From Eukaryota sp. GEM-RC1 (lineage: Eukaryota): DNA of 64,000 bases. This document shows positions 51,527 through 64,000 of this stretch, piece after piece. The notes under the pieces were generated by a model. That model saw nothing but the letters and a program-made list of their open reading frames with translations, had not been told where the DNA came from and ran no database searches. The first letter of the stretch is position 1, and each line of letters opens with the position of its first letter. The translations under genes were made by a program, and so were the position numbers. Location of the stretch: NCBI GenBank assembly GCA_040285855.1, contig JAUFOQ010000016.1:3162001-3226000 (forward strand), given 5' to 3'.

Positions 51527-51838
51527 TAGGGGTGTACAATACTCGAGTCGGACTCGAGTCGGACTCAGCTATTGTAAGTCTGAGTCTGAGTCCGACTCAC
51601 CGTATCTGAGTCTGAGTCTGAGTCGAACTCAACTAGTCTGAGTCTGAGTCCGACTCACCGTATCTGAGTCTGAGTCTGAGTCCCACTCATAATATCTGAG
51701 TCTGAGTCTGAGCTTGAGTTTCACATCATAAACAATCTTTATTAAGTACATTATTAACCATTATTATTCTACAGTCCACCGCTTAAGACAGACACATGCT
51801 TCAACATTTAAATCTGTTAGACGTGATCTGTCAGGAGC
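51527..51838 (-). mobile_element. hAT transposon 3' end (terminus, subterminal repeats, transposase C-terminus), copy 1
   Basis: taggggtgtacaatactcgag terminus and tctgag repeats; essentially identical to 56651-56962. Confidence 0.85.
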
Positions 51839-52771
51839 AAATTTGTAATACGAACTCACAGAGCCTGAATTCCATATTCAGCATAAGTAGTCAGAACCCA
51901 CTCCCTCTTCTCAGCTGCAAACTGATGATTAACGGAATTCCGGTTCAAGGTTTTTAGGACAGTGGAGCAACCATGTCCGTAATCACACAAGACCCGGCTA
52001 CGAAGCGTAACATGACGCCTGTCAACAAAAATGTTCGCTTCACATCCGCAAACAATGTTGAGTCCCGGTCCTTGGGTAGCGCCCAGGGCATCTTGACCTT
52101 CGATACCAGTAGCATCGCGTACCTGACACATGTGGATAAGGCATTACCAATAATACCTGGATCCAACAAACTATTATTGGGAATTGATCTGATGAAACAG
52201 TTAGGACTACTGACCGAAGACGGACTAGTCATCCCGATTGACAGTGCCATCCTGGCCACCGTGAACGATGAGTCCGAGTTCGACTCACGCATCATACAAC
52301 CTTTCCACAGCCCCTCTATCATTAACGTAGACTTTAATAAACATGTTTTTGATTCCGGTTATACAATACTTTTAGACGATGACACCAGAGCCGAGAGCTT
52401 ATTGAACCTGTTTCAGAAGTTTTCTTCAATATTCTTAACAGCTCCTCACAAAGATTGCATCGATTGTCCTCCCATGGCGATCGACTTCTACAACGAGGAG
52501 TCCACTGTGAGACGGAAACCTCGACGGCTCAATCCAATGAAACAGCAGATTGCCGAACAGATTTTCGATGAACTTGTCCGTCAGGACCTTGCTGAGTTAA
52601 CAACTCCCAATGGACAGTTCAGTTCACCGGTAGTACTGGTGGTCTATCCCGATCAACGTAAGCCCCGCCTTACGGGTGACTTCAGTGGTTCCGATGGAAT
52701 TAACGCATTGACCCGAGTTGTCGAACCGAATCTTCCAATTCTAAAAGTAATAGACAACAACACTACAGTGT
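51839..52771 (+). mobile_element. Ty3/gypsy LTR retrotransposon pol fragment (protease + RT N-terminus), copy 1
   Basis: INGIPVQGF*DSGATMSVI and LLLGIDLM protease motifs, then PRRL..FSSPVVLV..PRLTGDF..INALT..NLP. Confidence 0.85.
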
Positions 52772-54088
52772 AAGTTCTTGAAATTAAAAACACTTAAAGT
52801 TCTTCATGCTCTAAATTTGCTATTCTGGTTTTAATCAATGTGAAGGACAGATGTTTAGTTGCTTTGATTAACCAAATTCGACAGATTTATGAATTGTTGT
52901 CCAAAGATCTTCAATGGATCACAACATTTTAGGACTTGCATTCATGATGCTGTCATAGATCAATTCGTGCAATGTGTAAGTCCCACAAAATCGAATCTTT
53001 GAAATCAATAATTAAAAAATAGTGATTCTGATAAGAGTTTTGGTAAAGAACAGCTGATGTCATGGTTCTATCAGTCAATGATGAACTAACGGCTGTTGAT
53101 GCGATTACTGTGGATGTTTGCAAAACAGGGCGTTTAAGGATGCTAACAATGAAGTGTCTCCACTTGATTTTTCAGAACAATACAAGAGAAACAAATATGA
53201 TGTTCCCTTGACTACTCTCAAACATTCTAGACATGTTGAGTACGAATTTTGTCCTATTGCCATTTCAATTTATGTTCGACTTGGTAAAGAAGCTCTTTGT
53301 TTTCTCTCTGATGTTGAGATAGTTGTAAAAAAAGAATGAACAAGAAATTTGACTTTCAGTTTTGCTTGACTTGTATTGTTCATCAAAGGATTTGGCTTAC
53401 ATCTAGATTGAAGAGGTTTAATTTATTGCACCTTTTGAGACTATACGAGCAATTTCTGCAGAAGCTGCCACTTTGAATGAAGAGATGGGTTTAAATCTAA
53501 ATATTGAAAAGTGTTTCGTTATAGGAAAAAACCTAATTTATTAACAATTCGTTCAATTGAAGTACTAGTACCTTTTATTAATTATGTTTCTGATTTCTTG
53601 ATTGTTTCTTATTTTTTTTTACCAAAGCAAACTTTTATGGAACAAAAACACTAAAATTAAAAAATTGTTTCTTATTGGTAAAGAGAAGCATGTTGTCAAA
53701 AATCTTGATGATTACTTGATTTAGATTCAACAAGAGTTGGATAAAATCAAAGTTCTTGAAATTAAAAACACTTAAAGTTCTTCATGCTCTAAATTTGCTA
53801 TTCTGGTTTTAATCAATTTGAAGGGCAGATGTTCAGTTGCTTTGATTAACCAAATTCGACAGATTTATGGATTGTTGTCCAAAGATCTTCAATGGATCAC
53901 AACATTTTAGGACTTGCATTCATGATGCTGTCATAGATCAAATTCATGCAATGTGTAAGTCCTACAAAATCGAATGTTTGAAATCAATAATTTAAAAAAT
54001 AGTGATTCTGACAAGAGTTTTGGTAAAGAACAGCTGATGTCATGGTTCTATCAGTCAATGATGAACTAACGGCTGTTGATGCGATTAC

Positions 54089-54400
54089 TAGGGGTGTACA
54101 ATACTCGAGTCGGACTCGAGTCGGACTCAGCTATTGTAAGTCTGAGTCTGAGTCCGACTCACCGTATCTGAGTCTGAGTCTGAGTCGAACTCAACTAGTC
54201 TGAGTCTGAGTCCGACTCACCGTATCTGAGTCTGAGTCTGAGTCCCACTCATAATATCTGAGTCTGAGTCTGAGCTTGAGTTTCACATCATAAACAATCT
54301 TTATTAAGTACATTATTAACCATTATTATTCTACTGTCCACCGCTTAAGACAGACACATGCTTCAACATTTAAATCTGTTAGACGTGATCTGTCAGGAGC
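54089..54400 (-). mobile_element. hAT transposon 3' end, copy 2
   Basis: Same sequence and same monomer insertion point as 51527-51838. Confidence 0.85.
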
Positions 54401-55334
54401 AAATTTGTAATACGAACTCACAGAGCCTGAATTCCATATTCAGCATAAGTAGTCAGAACCCACTCCCTCTTCTCAGCTGCAAACTGATGATTAACGGAAT
54501 TCCGGTTCAAGGTTTTTAGGACAGTGGAGCAACCATGTCCGTAATCACACAAGACCCGGCTACGAAGCGTAACATGACGCCTGTCAACAAAAATGTTCGC
54601 TTCACATCCGCAAACAATGTTGAGTCCCGGTCCTTGGGTAGCGCCCAGGGCATCTTGACCTTCGATACCAGTAGCATCGCGTACCTGACACATGTGGATA
54701 AGGCATTACCAATAATACCTGGATCCAACAAACTATTATTGGGAATTGATCTGATGAAACAGTTAGGACTACTGACCGAAGACGGACTAGTCATCCCGAT
54801 TGACAGTGCCATCCCTGGCCACCGTGAACGATGAGTCCGAGTTCGACTCACGCATCATACAACCTTTCCACAGCCCCTCTATCATTAACGTAGACTTTAA
54901 TAAACATGTTTTTGATTCCGGTTATACAATACTTTTAGACGATGACACCAGAGCCGAGAGCTTATTGAACCTGTTTCAGAAGTTTTCTTCAATATTCTTA
55001 ACAGCTCCTCACAAAGATTGCATCGATTGTCCTCCCATGGCGATCGACTTCTACAACGAGGAGTCCACTGTGAGACGGAAACCTCGACGGCTCAATCCAA
55101 TGAAACAGCAGATTGCCGAACAGATTTTCGATGAACTTGTCCGTCAGGACCTTGCTGAGTTAACAACTCCCAATGGACAGTTCAGTTCACCGGTAGTACT
55201 GGTGGTCTATCCCGATCAACGTAAGCCCCGCCTTACGGGTGACTTCAGTGGTTCCGATGGAATTAACGCATTGACCCGAGTTGTCGAACCGAATCTTCCA
55301 ATTCTAAAAGTAATAGACAACAACACTACAGTGT
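54401..55334 (+). mobile_element. Ty3/gypsy pol fragment, copy 2
   Basis: Matches 51839-52771 except for one extra C near 54813. Confidence 0.85.
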
Positions 55335-56650
55335 AAGTTCTTGAAATTAAAAACACTTAAAGTTCTTCATGCTCTAAATTTGCTATTCTGGTTTTAATCA
55401 ATGTGAAGGACAGATGTTTAGTTGCTTTGATTAACCAAATTCGACAGATTTATGAATTGTTGTCCAAAGATCTTCAATGGATCACAACATTTTAGGACTT
55501 GCATTCATGATGCTGTCATAGATCAATTCGTGCAATGTGTAAGTCCCACAAAATCGAATCTTTGAAATCAATAATTAAAAAATAGTGATTCTGATAAGAG
55601 TTTTGGTAAAGAACAGCTGATGTCATGGTTCTATCAGTCAATGATGAACTAACGGCTGTTGATGCGATTACTGTGGATGTTTGCAAAACAGGGCGTTTAA
55701 GGATGCTAACAATGAAGTGTCTCCACTTGATTTTTCAGAACAATACAAGAGAAACAAATATGATGTTCCCTTGACTACTCTCAAACATTCTAGACATGTT
55801 GAGTACGAATTTTGTCCTATTGCCATTTCAATTTATGTTCGACTTGGTAAAGAAGCTCTTTGTTTTCTCTCTGATGTTGAGATAGTTGTAAAAAAAGAAT
55901 GAACAAGAAATTTGACTTTCAGTTTTGCTTGACTTGTATTGTTCATCAAAGGATTTGGCTTACATCTAGATTGAAGAGGTTTAATTTATTGCACCTTTTG
56001 AGACTATACGAGCAATTTCTGCAGAAGCTGCCACTTTGAATGAAGAGATGGGTTTAAATCTAAATATTGAAAAGTGTTTCGTTATAGGAAAAAACCTAAT
56101 TTATTAACAATTCGTTCAATTGAAGTACTAGTACCTTTTATTAATTATGTTTCTGATTTCTTGATTGTTTCTTATTTTTTTTACCAAAGCAAACTTTTAT
56201 GGAACAAAAACACTAAAATTAAAAAATTGTTTCTTATTGGTAAAGAGAAGCATGTTGTCAAAAATCTTGATGATTACTTGATTTAGATTCAACAAGAGTT
56301 GGATAAAATCAAAGTTCTTGAAATTAAAAACACTTAAAGTTCTTCATGCTCTAAATTTGCTATTCTGGTTTTAATCAATTTGAAGGGCAGATGTTCAGTT
56401 GCTTTGATTAACCAAATTCGACAGATTTATGGATTGTTGTCCAAAGATCTTCAATGGATCACAACATTTTAGGACTTGCATTCATGATGCTGTCATAGAT
56501 CAAATTCATGCAATGTGTAAGTCCTACAAAATCGAATGTTTGAAATCAATAATTTAAAAAATAGTGATTCTGACAAGAGTTTTGGTAAAGAACAGCTGAT
56601 GTCATGGTTCTATCAGTCAATGATGAACTAACGGCTGTTGATGCGATTAC

Positions 56651-58069
56651 TAGGGGTGTACAATACTCGAGTCGGACTCGAGTCGGACTCAGCTATTGTA
56701 AGTCTGAGTCTGAGTCCGACTCACCGTATCTGAGTCTGAGTCTGAGTCGAACTCAACTAGTCTGAGTCTGAGTCCGACTCACCGTATCTGAGTCTGAGTC
56801 TGAGTCCCACTCATAATATCTGAGTCTGAGTCTGAGCTTGAGTTTCACATCATAAACAATCTTTATTAAGTACATTATTAACCATTATTATTCTACTGTC
56901 CACCGCTTAAGACAGACACATGCTTCAACATTTAAATCTGTTAGACGTGATCTGTCAGGAGCCACAACTCTTCCAGCTTGTGAAAAAAAAGACTCAGAAG
57001 CTACATTAGAGGCTTGAACTGATAGTGCAATTCGAGATGTTCTTGCAAGTGTAGGGAACTTTGATTCATTAAGTTTCCACCACATCAAAGGATCTTGGTC
57101 CATTTCAATCAGTCCATCACTGAGATAGATATCAAGTTCATCTAACTCAGTTAATTATTCTTCGTTACGAACACATACTTTTATTCTTACAAGCTCTTTC
57201 ATTAGAGATTTTCCTTGAGGGTTGTTCTGCGATTCTTCTGTACTTACTGCAAGACTTCCAACTTTGGATTCAATAAACTCCCTCATTGAACCCTTCAGCA
57301 TCTCTTCATTCTCAATGTAACAACTTGGTAGGAAGTTCTGATTGTTTTTGAATCTAGGATCCAACACAAGACCGACATATCCTGCAAAATCGAACACACT
57401 TCTGTCACTTCGACGTCCACTGATATACTGCGTAAACTTTTCCAACACTTTTGATGCTACGGCAGAAATAAAACCAGATTCACGTCCTTCTACAGGATCG
57501 CAAATTACTTTAAGCTTTTCCCATAATAAATTGAACAAAGTTAAACCTACGGACACAGTAACGGTAGACCTTGAAGAACAAATTTCAGTTAACTCATAGA
57601 AATCCGATAACAAGAAGATCAACAGCTGATGAAGATCTTCTCTTTCAGAAATGGTGAGTTTCAAATGCATCAACTTGTTGTCATTGAAAATCATATGATC
57701 TACAATGTCTATCAATTGGCTGTACCTTTCTAGCATCATGAAGGACGAATTCCATCTTGTTGAAACATCAACAATCATGGAGGTGGTTTCAAGTCCTTCC
57801 AACTTGCATCTATCAGAAATACGTTCCCTCAAGTCTGAGCTTCTGTGTGATCTGACACAAAACTCTCTAATTTTTTTGACGAAAAAACAACCCTGATCTT
57901 CAAGAAAATTTGGAGTACTTCTGAATAATTGGTTGAGGGCAAGGTGAAGAACATGCGCCAAACATCTTCTATGATAAACAATACCAGGTGTACCCAATAA
58001 TTCCACAAATTTTGTTAAATCAATGTTTGAGACATTGTCTGAAGTCACAGAAAAAACACATCATTGATG
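56651..58069 (-). mobile_element. 5'-truncated hAT DNA transposon with transposase pseudogene
   Basis: TSDN, RCLAHVLHL, DVSTRWNS, LDPRFK and dimerisation domain DPLMWWK..FPTLAR..ASNVASESFFS. One in-frame TAA at 57155-57157. Only one terminus is present. Confidence 0.92.
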
Positions 58070-61000
58070 ACATTTTAGGACTTGCATTCATGATGCTGTC
58101 ATAGATCAAATTCGTGCAATGTGTAAGTCCCACAAAATCGAATCTTTGAAATCAATAATTAAAAAATAGTGATTCTGATAAGAGTTTTGGTAAAGAACAG
58201 CTGATGTCATGGTTCTATCAGTCAATGATGAACTAACGGCTGTTGATGCGATTACTGTGGATGTTTGCAAAACAGGGCGTTTAAGGATGCTAACAATGAA
58301 GTGTCTCCACTTGATTTTTCAGAACAATACAAGAGAAACAAATATGATGTTCCCTTGACTACTCTCAAACATTCTAGACATGTTGAGTACGAATTTTGTC
58401 CTATTGCCATTTCAATTTATGTTCGACTTGGTAAAGAAGCTCTTTGTTTTCTCTCTGATGTTGAGATAGTTGTAAAAAAAGAATGAACAAGAAATTGGAC
58501 TTTCAGTTTTGCTTGACTTGTATTGTTCATCAAAGGATTTGGCTTACATCTAGATTGAAGAGGTTTAATTTATTGCACCTTTTGAGACTATACGAGCAAT
58601 TTCTGCAGAAGCTGCCACTTTGAATGAAGAGATGGGTTTAAATCTAAATATTGAAAAGTGTTTCGTTATAGGAAAAGAACCTAATTTATTAACAATTCGT
58701 TCAATTGAAGTACTAGTACCTTTTATAATTATGTTTCTGATTTCTTGATTGTTTCTTATTTTTTTTACCAAAGCAAACTTTTATGGAACAAAAACACTAA
58801 AATTAAAAAATTGTTTCTTATTGGTAAAGAGAAGCATGTTGTCAAAAATCTTGATGATTACTTGATTTAGATTCAACAAGAGTTGGAGAAAATCAAAGTT
58901 CTTGAAATTAAAAACACTTAAAGTTCTTCATGCTCTAAATTTGTTATTCTGGTTTTGATCAATTTGAAGGGCAGATGTTCAGTTGCTTTGATTAACCAAA
59001 TTCGACAGATTTATGGATTGTTGTCCAAAGATCTTCAATAGATCACAACATTTTAGGACTTGCATTCATGATGCTGTCATAGATCAAATTCGTGCAATGT
59101 GTAAGTCCCACAAAATCGTATCTTTGAAATCAATAATTAAAAAATAGTGATTCTGATAAGAGTTTTGGTAAAGAACAGCTGATGTCATGGTTCTATCAGT
59201 CAATGATGAACTAACGGCTGTTGATGCGATTACTGTGGATGTTTGCAAAACAGGGCGTTTAAGGATGCTAACAATGAAGTGTCTCCACTTGATTTTTCAG
59301 AACAATACAAGAGAAACAAATATGATGTTCCCTTGACTACTCTCAAACATTCTAGACATGTTGAGTACGAATTTTGTCCTATTGCCATTTCAATTTATGT
59401 TCGACTTGGTAAAGAAGCTCTTTGTTTTCTCTCTGATGTTGAGATAGTTGTAAAAAAAGAATGAACAAGAAATTTGACTTTCAGTTTTGCTTGACTTGTA
59501 TTGTTCATCAAAGGATTTGGCTTACATCTAGATTGAAGAGGTTTAATTTATTGCACCTTTTGAGACTATACGAGCAATTTCTGCAGAAGCTGCCACTTTG
59601 AATGAAGAGATTGGTTTAAATCTAAATATTGAAAAGTGTTTCGTTATAGGAAAAGAACCTAATTTATTAACAATTCGTTCAATTGAAGTACTAGTACCTT
59701 TTATTAATTATGTTTCTGATTTCTTGATTGTTTCTTATTTTTTTTACCAAAGCAAACTTTTATGGAACAAAAACACTAAAATTAAAAAATTGTTTCTTAT
59801 TGGTAAAGAGAAGCATGTTGTCAAAAATCTTGATGATTACTTGATTTAGATTCAACAAGAGTTGGATAAAATCAAAGTTCTTGAAATTAAAAACACTTAA
59901 AGTTCTTCATGCTCTAAATTTGTTATTCTGGTTTTAATCAATTTGAAGGACATATGTTCAGTTGCTTTGATTAACCAAATTCGACCAAATTCGGGATTGT
60001 TGTCCAAAGATCTTCAATGGATCAGAACATTTTAGGACTTGCATTCATGATGCTGTCATAGATCAAATTCGTACAATGTGTAAGTCCTACAAAATCGAAT
60101 CTTTGAAATCAATGATTTAAAGAATAGTGATTCTGATAATAGTTTTGGTAAAGAACGGCTGATGTCATGGTTCCATCAGTCAATGACGAACTAACGGCTG
60201 TTGATGCGATTACTGTGAATGTTTGCAAAAAGGGCATTTAAGGATGCTAACAATGTCTCCACTTGATTTTTCAGAACAATACAAGAGAAACAAATATGAT
60301 GTTCCCTTGACTACTCTCAAACATTCTAGACATGTTGAGTACGAATTATGTCCTATTGCCATTTCAATTTATGTTCGACTTGGTAAAGAAGCTCTTTGTT
60401 TTCTCTGATGTTGAGATAGTTGTAAAAAAAGAATGAACAAGACATTTGACTTTCAGTTTTGCTTGACTTGTAATGTTCATCAAAGAATTTGGCTTACATC
60501 TAGATTGGGGCGTTTCCTTTATTGCACCTTTTGAGACTATACGAGCAATTTCTGCAGAAGCTGACACTTTGAATGAAGAGATTGGTTTAAATCTAAATAT
60601 TGAAAAATGTTTCGTTATAGGAAAACAACTTAATTTATTAACAATTCGTTCAACTGAAGTACCTTTTATTAATTATCTTCCTGATTTCTTTATTTTTTCT
60701 TATTTTTTTCCAAAGCAAACTTTTATGGAACAAAAACACTAATATTACAAAATTGTTTCTTATTGGTAAAAAGGCAAAGTTCTGGAAATTAACAACTCTT
60801 AAAGTTCTTCATGCTCTAAATTTGCTATTCTGGTTTTAATCAATTTGAAGGACACATGTTCAGTTGCTTTGATTAACCAAATTCGACCAAATTCGGGATT
60901 GTTGTCCAAAGATCTTCAATGGATCAGAACATTTTAGGACTTGCATTCATGATGCTGTCATAGATCAAATTCGTACAATGTGTAAGTCCCACAAAATCGA

Positions 61001-62869
61001 ATCTTTGAAATCGATAATTCAAAAATAGTGATTCTGATAAGAGTTTTGGTAAAGAACGGCTGATGTCATGGTTCCATTAGTCAATGACGAACTAACGGCT
61101 GTTGATGCGATTACTGTGGATGTTTGCAAAAAAAGGGCATTTAAGGATGCTAACAATGAAGTGTCTCCACTTGATTTTTCAGTACAATACAAGAGAAACA
61201 AATATGATGTTCCCTTGACTACTCTCAAACATTCTAGACATGTTGAGTACGAATTATGTCCTTTGCCATTTCAATTTATGGTCGACTTGGTAAAGAAGCT
61301 CTTTGTTTTCTCTGATGTTGAGATAGTTGTTAAAAAAGAATGAACAAGACATTTGACTTTCAGTTTTGCTTGACTTGTATTGTTCATCAAAGGATTTGGC
61401 TTACATCTAGATTGAAGAGGTTTAATTTATTGCACATTTTGAGACTAAGCAATTTCTGCAGAAGCTGCCACTTTGAATGAAGAGATGGGTTTATATCTAA
61501 ATATTGAAAAGTGTTTCGGTATAGGAAAAGAACCTAATTTATTAACAATTCGTTCAATTGAAGTACCTTTTATTAATTATCTTTCTGATTTCTTGATTGT
61601 TTCTTATTTTTTTTTTACCAAAGCAAACTTTTATGGAACAAAAACACTAAAATTCCAAAATTGTTTCTTATTGGTAAAAAGGCAAAGTTCCTGAAATTAA
61701 AAACACTTAAAGTTCTTCATGCTCTAAATTTGCTATTCTGGTTTTAATCAATTTGAAGGACATATGTTCAGTTGCTTTGATTAACCAAATTCGACACCAA
61801 AGACCTTCAATGGAACACAACATTTTAGGACTTGCATTCATGATGCTGTCATAGATCAAATTCGTGCAATGTGTAAGTCCCACAAAATCGAATCTTTGAA
61901 ATCAATAATTAAAAAATAGTGATTCTGATAAGAGTTTTGGTAAAGAACAGCTGATGTCATGGTTCCATCGGTCAATGATGAACTAACGGCTGTTGATGCG
62001 ATTACTGTGGATGTTTGCAAAAGAGGGCATTTAAGGATGCTAACAATGAAGTGTCTCCACTTGATTTTTCAGAACAATACAAGAGAAACAAATATGATGT
62101 TCCCTTGACTACTCTCAAACATTCTAGACATGTTGAGTACGAATTTTGTCCTATTGCCATTTCAATTTATGTTCGACTTGGGAAAGAAGCTCTTTGTTTT
62201 CTCTCTGATGTTGAGATAGTTGTAAAAAAAGAATGAACAAGAAATTTGACTTTCAGTTTTGCTTGACTTGTATTGTTCATCAAAGGATTTGGCTTACATC
62301 TAGATTGAAGAGGTTTAATTTATTGCACCTTTTGAGACTATACGAGCAATTTCTGCAGAAGCTGCCACTTTGAATGAAGAGATGGGTTTAAATCTAAATA
62401 TTGAAAAGTGTTTCGTTATAGGAAAAAAACCTAATTTATTAACAATTCGTTCAATTGAAGTACTAGTACCTTTTATTAATTATGTTTCTGATTTCTTGAT
62501 TGTTTCTTATTTTTTTTTACCAAAGCAAACTTTTATGGAACAAAAACACTAAAATTAAAAAATTGTTTCTTATTGGTAAAGAGAAGCATGTTGTCAAAAA
62601 TCTTGATGATTACTTGATTTAGATTCAACAAGAGTTGGATAAAATCAAAGTTCTTGAAATTAAAAACACTTAAAGTTCTTCATGCTCTAAATTTGCTATT
62701 CTGGTTTTAATCAATTTGAAGGGCAGATGTTCAGTTGCTTTGATTAACCAAATTCGACAGATTTATGGATTGTTGTCCAAAGATCTTCAATGGATCACAA
62801 CATTTTAGGACTTGCATTCATGATGCTGTCATAGATCAAATTCATGCAATGTGTAAGTCCTACAAAATC

Positions 62870-64000
62870 CCTTTCTTCTGATGTTTTCTTCAATGCGGTT
62901 GAAAATAATTGCATTTTCAATTTGGATTTTAAGAATGCTTTTAATTCTGTTAAACGATCTGCCATTTGTTCTGAATTGGAAAAGAGTTTTCCAGAATTAG
63001 GTACCTTTTTCATTGTTTTTATGGTCACTCTTCTGACTTAGTTTTTAATTCATTTGTTCTTAATTCTGTTTCTGGTGTTAAACAAGGAGATCCTCTTGGT
63101 CCCTTCTTTTTTTGTTTGGCTATTCATCCAATCCTGAAAAAACTCAAAGAAGAACATGCAGACTTAGAAATCGTAGCTTATATGGATGACATTTCTTTTA
63201 TTGCTCCTATGTCAACTCTTCGTATTATTGCGAATCAGGCTGCTGATTTGTACGATGCTATTGGACTTCAATTAAATGTGCAAAAATGTTTTTTGATTGC
63301 CAAGGTACCTGTAACTTTAATTGTTAATTCTTTAGAGGTTCCCTTTGTGAACTATTTATCTTCAAGCTTTAGATTTCTAGGTTGTTATCTTGGTTCACAT
63401 GACAACATTGTTAAAGATCTGAATGTATATTTGGATTCAATGCGAAAAGAATTAGATCAAATTAAGGAATTACAATTGGAAAAACATCTCAAATTCTTTA
63501 TGCTAAAAATTTGTTATTCAGGAAAAGTTACCCATCTGCTTCGATCTCTCCCCCCTGTACTTACCTATAACTTCTGTAGAAGCTTTAACAAAATTCGTAC
63601 TGACTTTCTTGCATTTTTGTTATCAGTGGATCCTGCTGCTTTGAACAATCACATCTTCTCAGATCCTCATCTTGGTGGTATTGGTTTCACTTCGTCTAAA
63701 TGGTGGACCAAATCTGCTTTCATTGGTGGTGGTAAGAATTTTGTCTTTGAGTTCTGTAGACGGTACCCAAGTCAAGAAAATCTTCTTGTTTCGACAAGTA
63801 GTTTTTTCTTGGTAAATTTGAGATCAGAATTGTCACTAATTTCACCTGACCTCTGGCAAACTTGTTTTCCAGCAGATATTTGTGAAATTCCAGAACGATG
63901 TGTCACCTCGTTAAAATTTGCTCTTAAGAAACTCCAAAAACACCTTTTAAAACATTTTGAATGTCTGGATTTTAAAATTCGACTTGGCTCGGCCAAAGAA
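62870..64000 (+). mobile_element. 5'-truncated, near-intact RLE non-LTR retrotransposon RT (runs off the window)
   Basis: LDFKNAFNSV, GVKQGDPLGPFFF, AYMDD, GLQLNVQKC, FLG motifs; a single frameshift in a T-run at ~63010. Confidence 0.92.

Larger units (their letters stand above)
23141..62869 (+). repeat. Tandem macrosatellite array of about 38 monomers (0.89-1.06 kb) derived from an RLE non-LTR retrotransposon
   Basis: Recurrent marker gcaatttctgcagaagct at ~0.9-1 kb spacing. Degenerate translations match RT (AY.D..SFIAP..IGLNLNIEKCF) and RLE (ADVMV..VDAITVDVCK..CPIAISIYGRLGK). Confidence 0.97.

Noticed and set aside
51540..51720. CRISPR-like array or telomeric repeat
   Set aside because: No unique spacers of regular length and no cas genes; the repeats are hAT subterminal sequence in a eukaryotic context.
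57155..57157. Stop-codon reassignment (in-frame TAA in hAT, TAG before gypsy DSGA)
   Set aside because: Both occur in decayed TEs; host genes here end normally with TAA, TAG and TGA and have no internal stops.
23141..62869. Dozens of 60-100 aa ORFs as a tandem gene family
   Set aside because: They are frame-broken remnants of RT/RLE coding sequence with mostly TTG starts, variable frames and a destroyed YxDD.
23141..62869. rDNA, SL-RNA or snRNA tandem gene array
   Set aside because: No recognisable structural RNA; most of the unit is explained by retrotransposon coding homology. A covariance-model search was not run.

Overview
AT-rich, compact eukaryotic (protist-like) genomic DNA in two parts. 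Bases 1-21,345 are gene-dense with tiny GT-AG introns (28-31 nt). Genes: an MKP1-like DSP+gelsolin phosphatase, a hypothetical protein, an ARM+TPR protein, a YIPF1/2-like protein, PTEN, a PP6-like phosphatase head-to-head with a two-intron NC2alpha/DRAP1 gene missed by the ORF track, a LOA1/VPS66-like acyltransferase, SRP72 and an ARM protein. Between them lie 3' fragments of an RLE-type (CRE-like) non-LTR retrotransposon and a TA-flanked TIR element. Bases ~23,140-62,870 are a ~40 kb tandem array of about 38 near-identical 0.89-1.06 kb monomers. The monomer is an internally deleted piece of the same RLE retrotransposon group (RT YxDD/thumb fused to the post-zinc-knuckle/endonuclease region, looping back to YxDD). 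The array has higher-order repeats, a 2.3 kb inversion, two insertions of a near-intact related RT, and hAT and Ty3/gypsy fragments that were co-amplified. By inference this architecture resembles a retrotransposon-derived centromeric or heterochromatic satellite. Several gene frameshifts sit in homopolymers and look like long-read errors.
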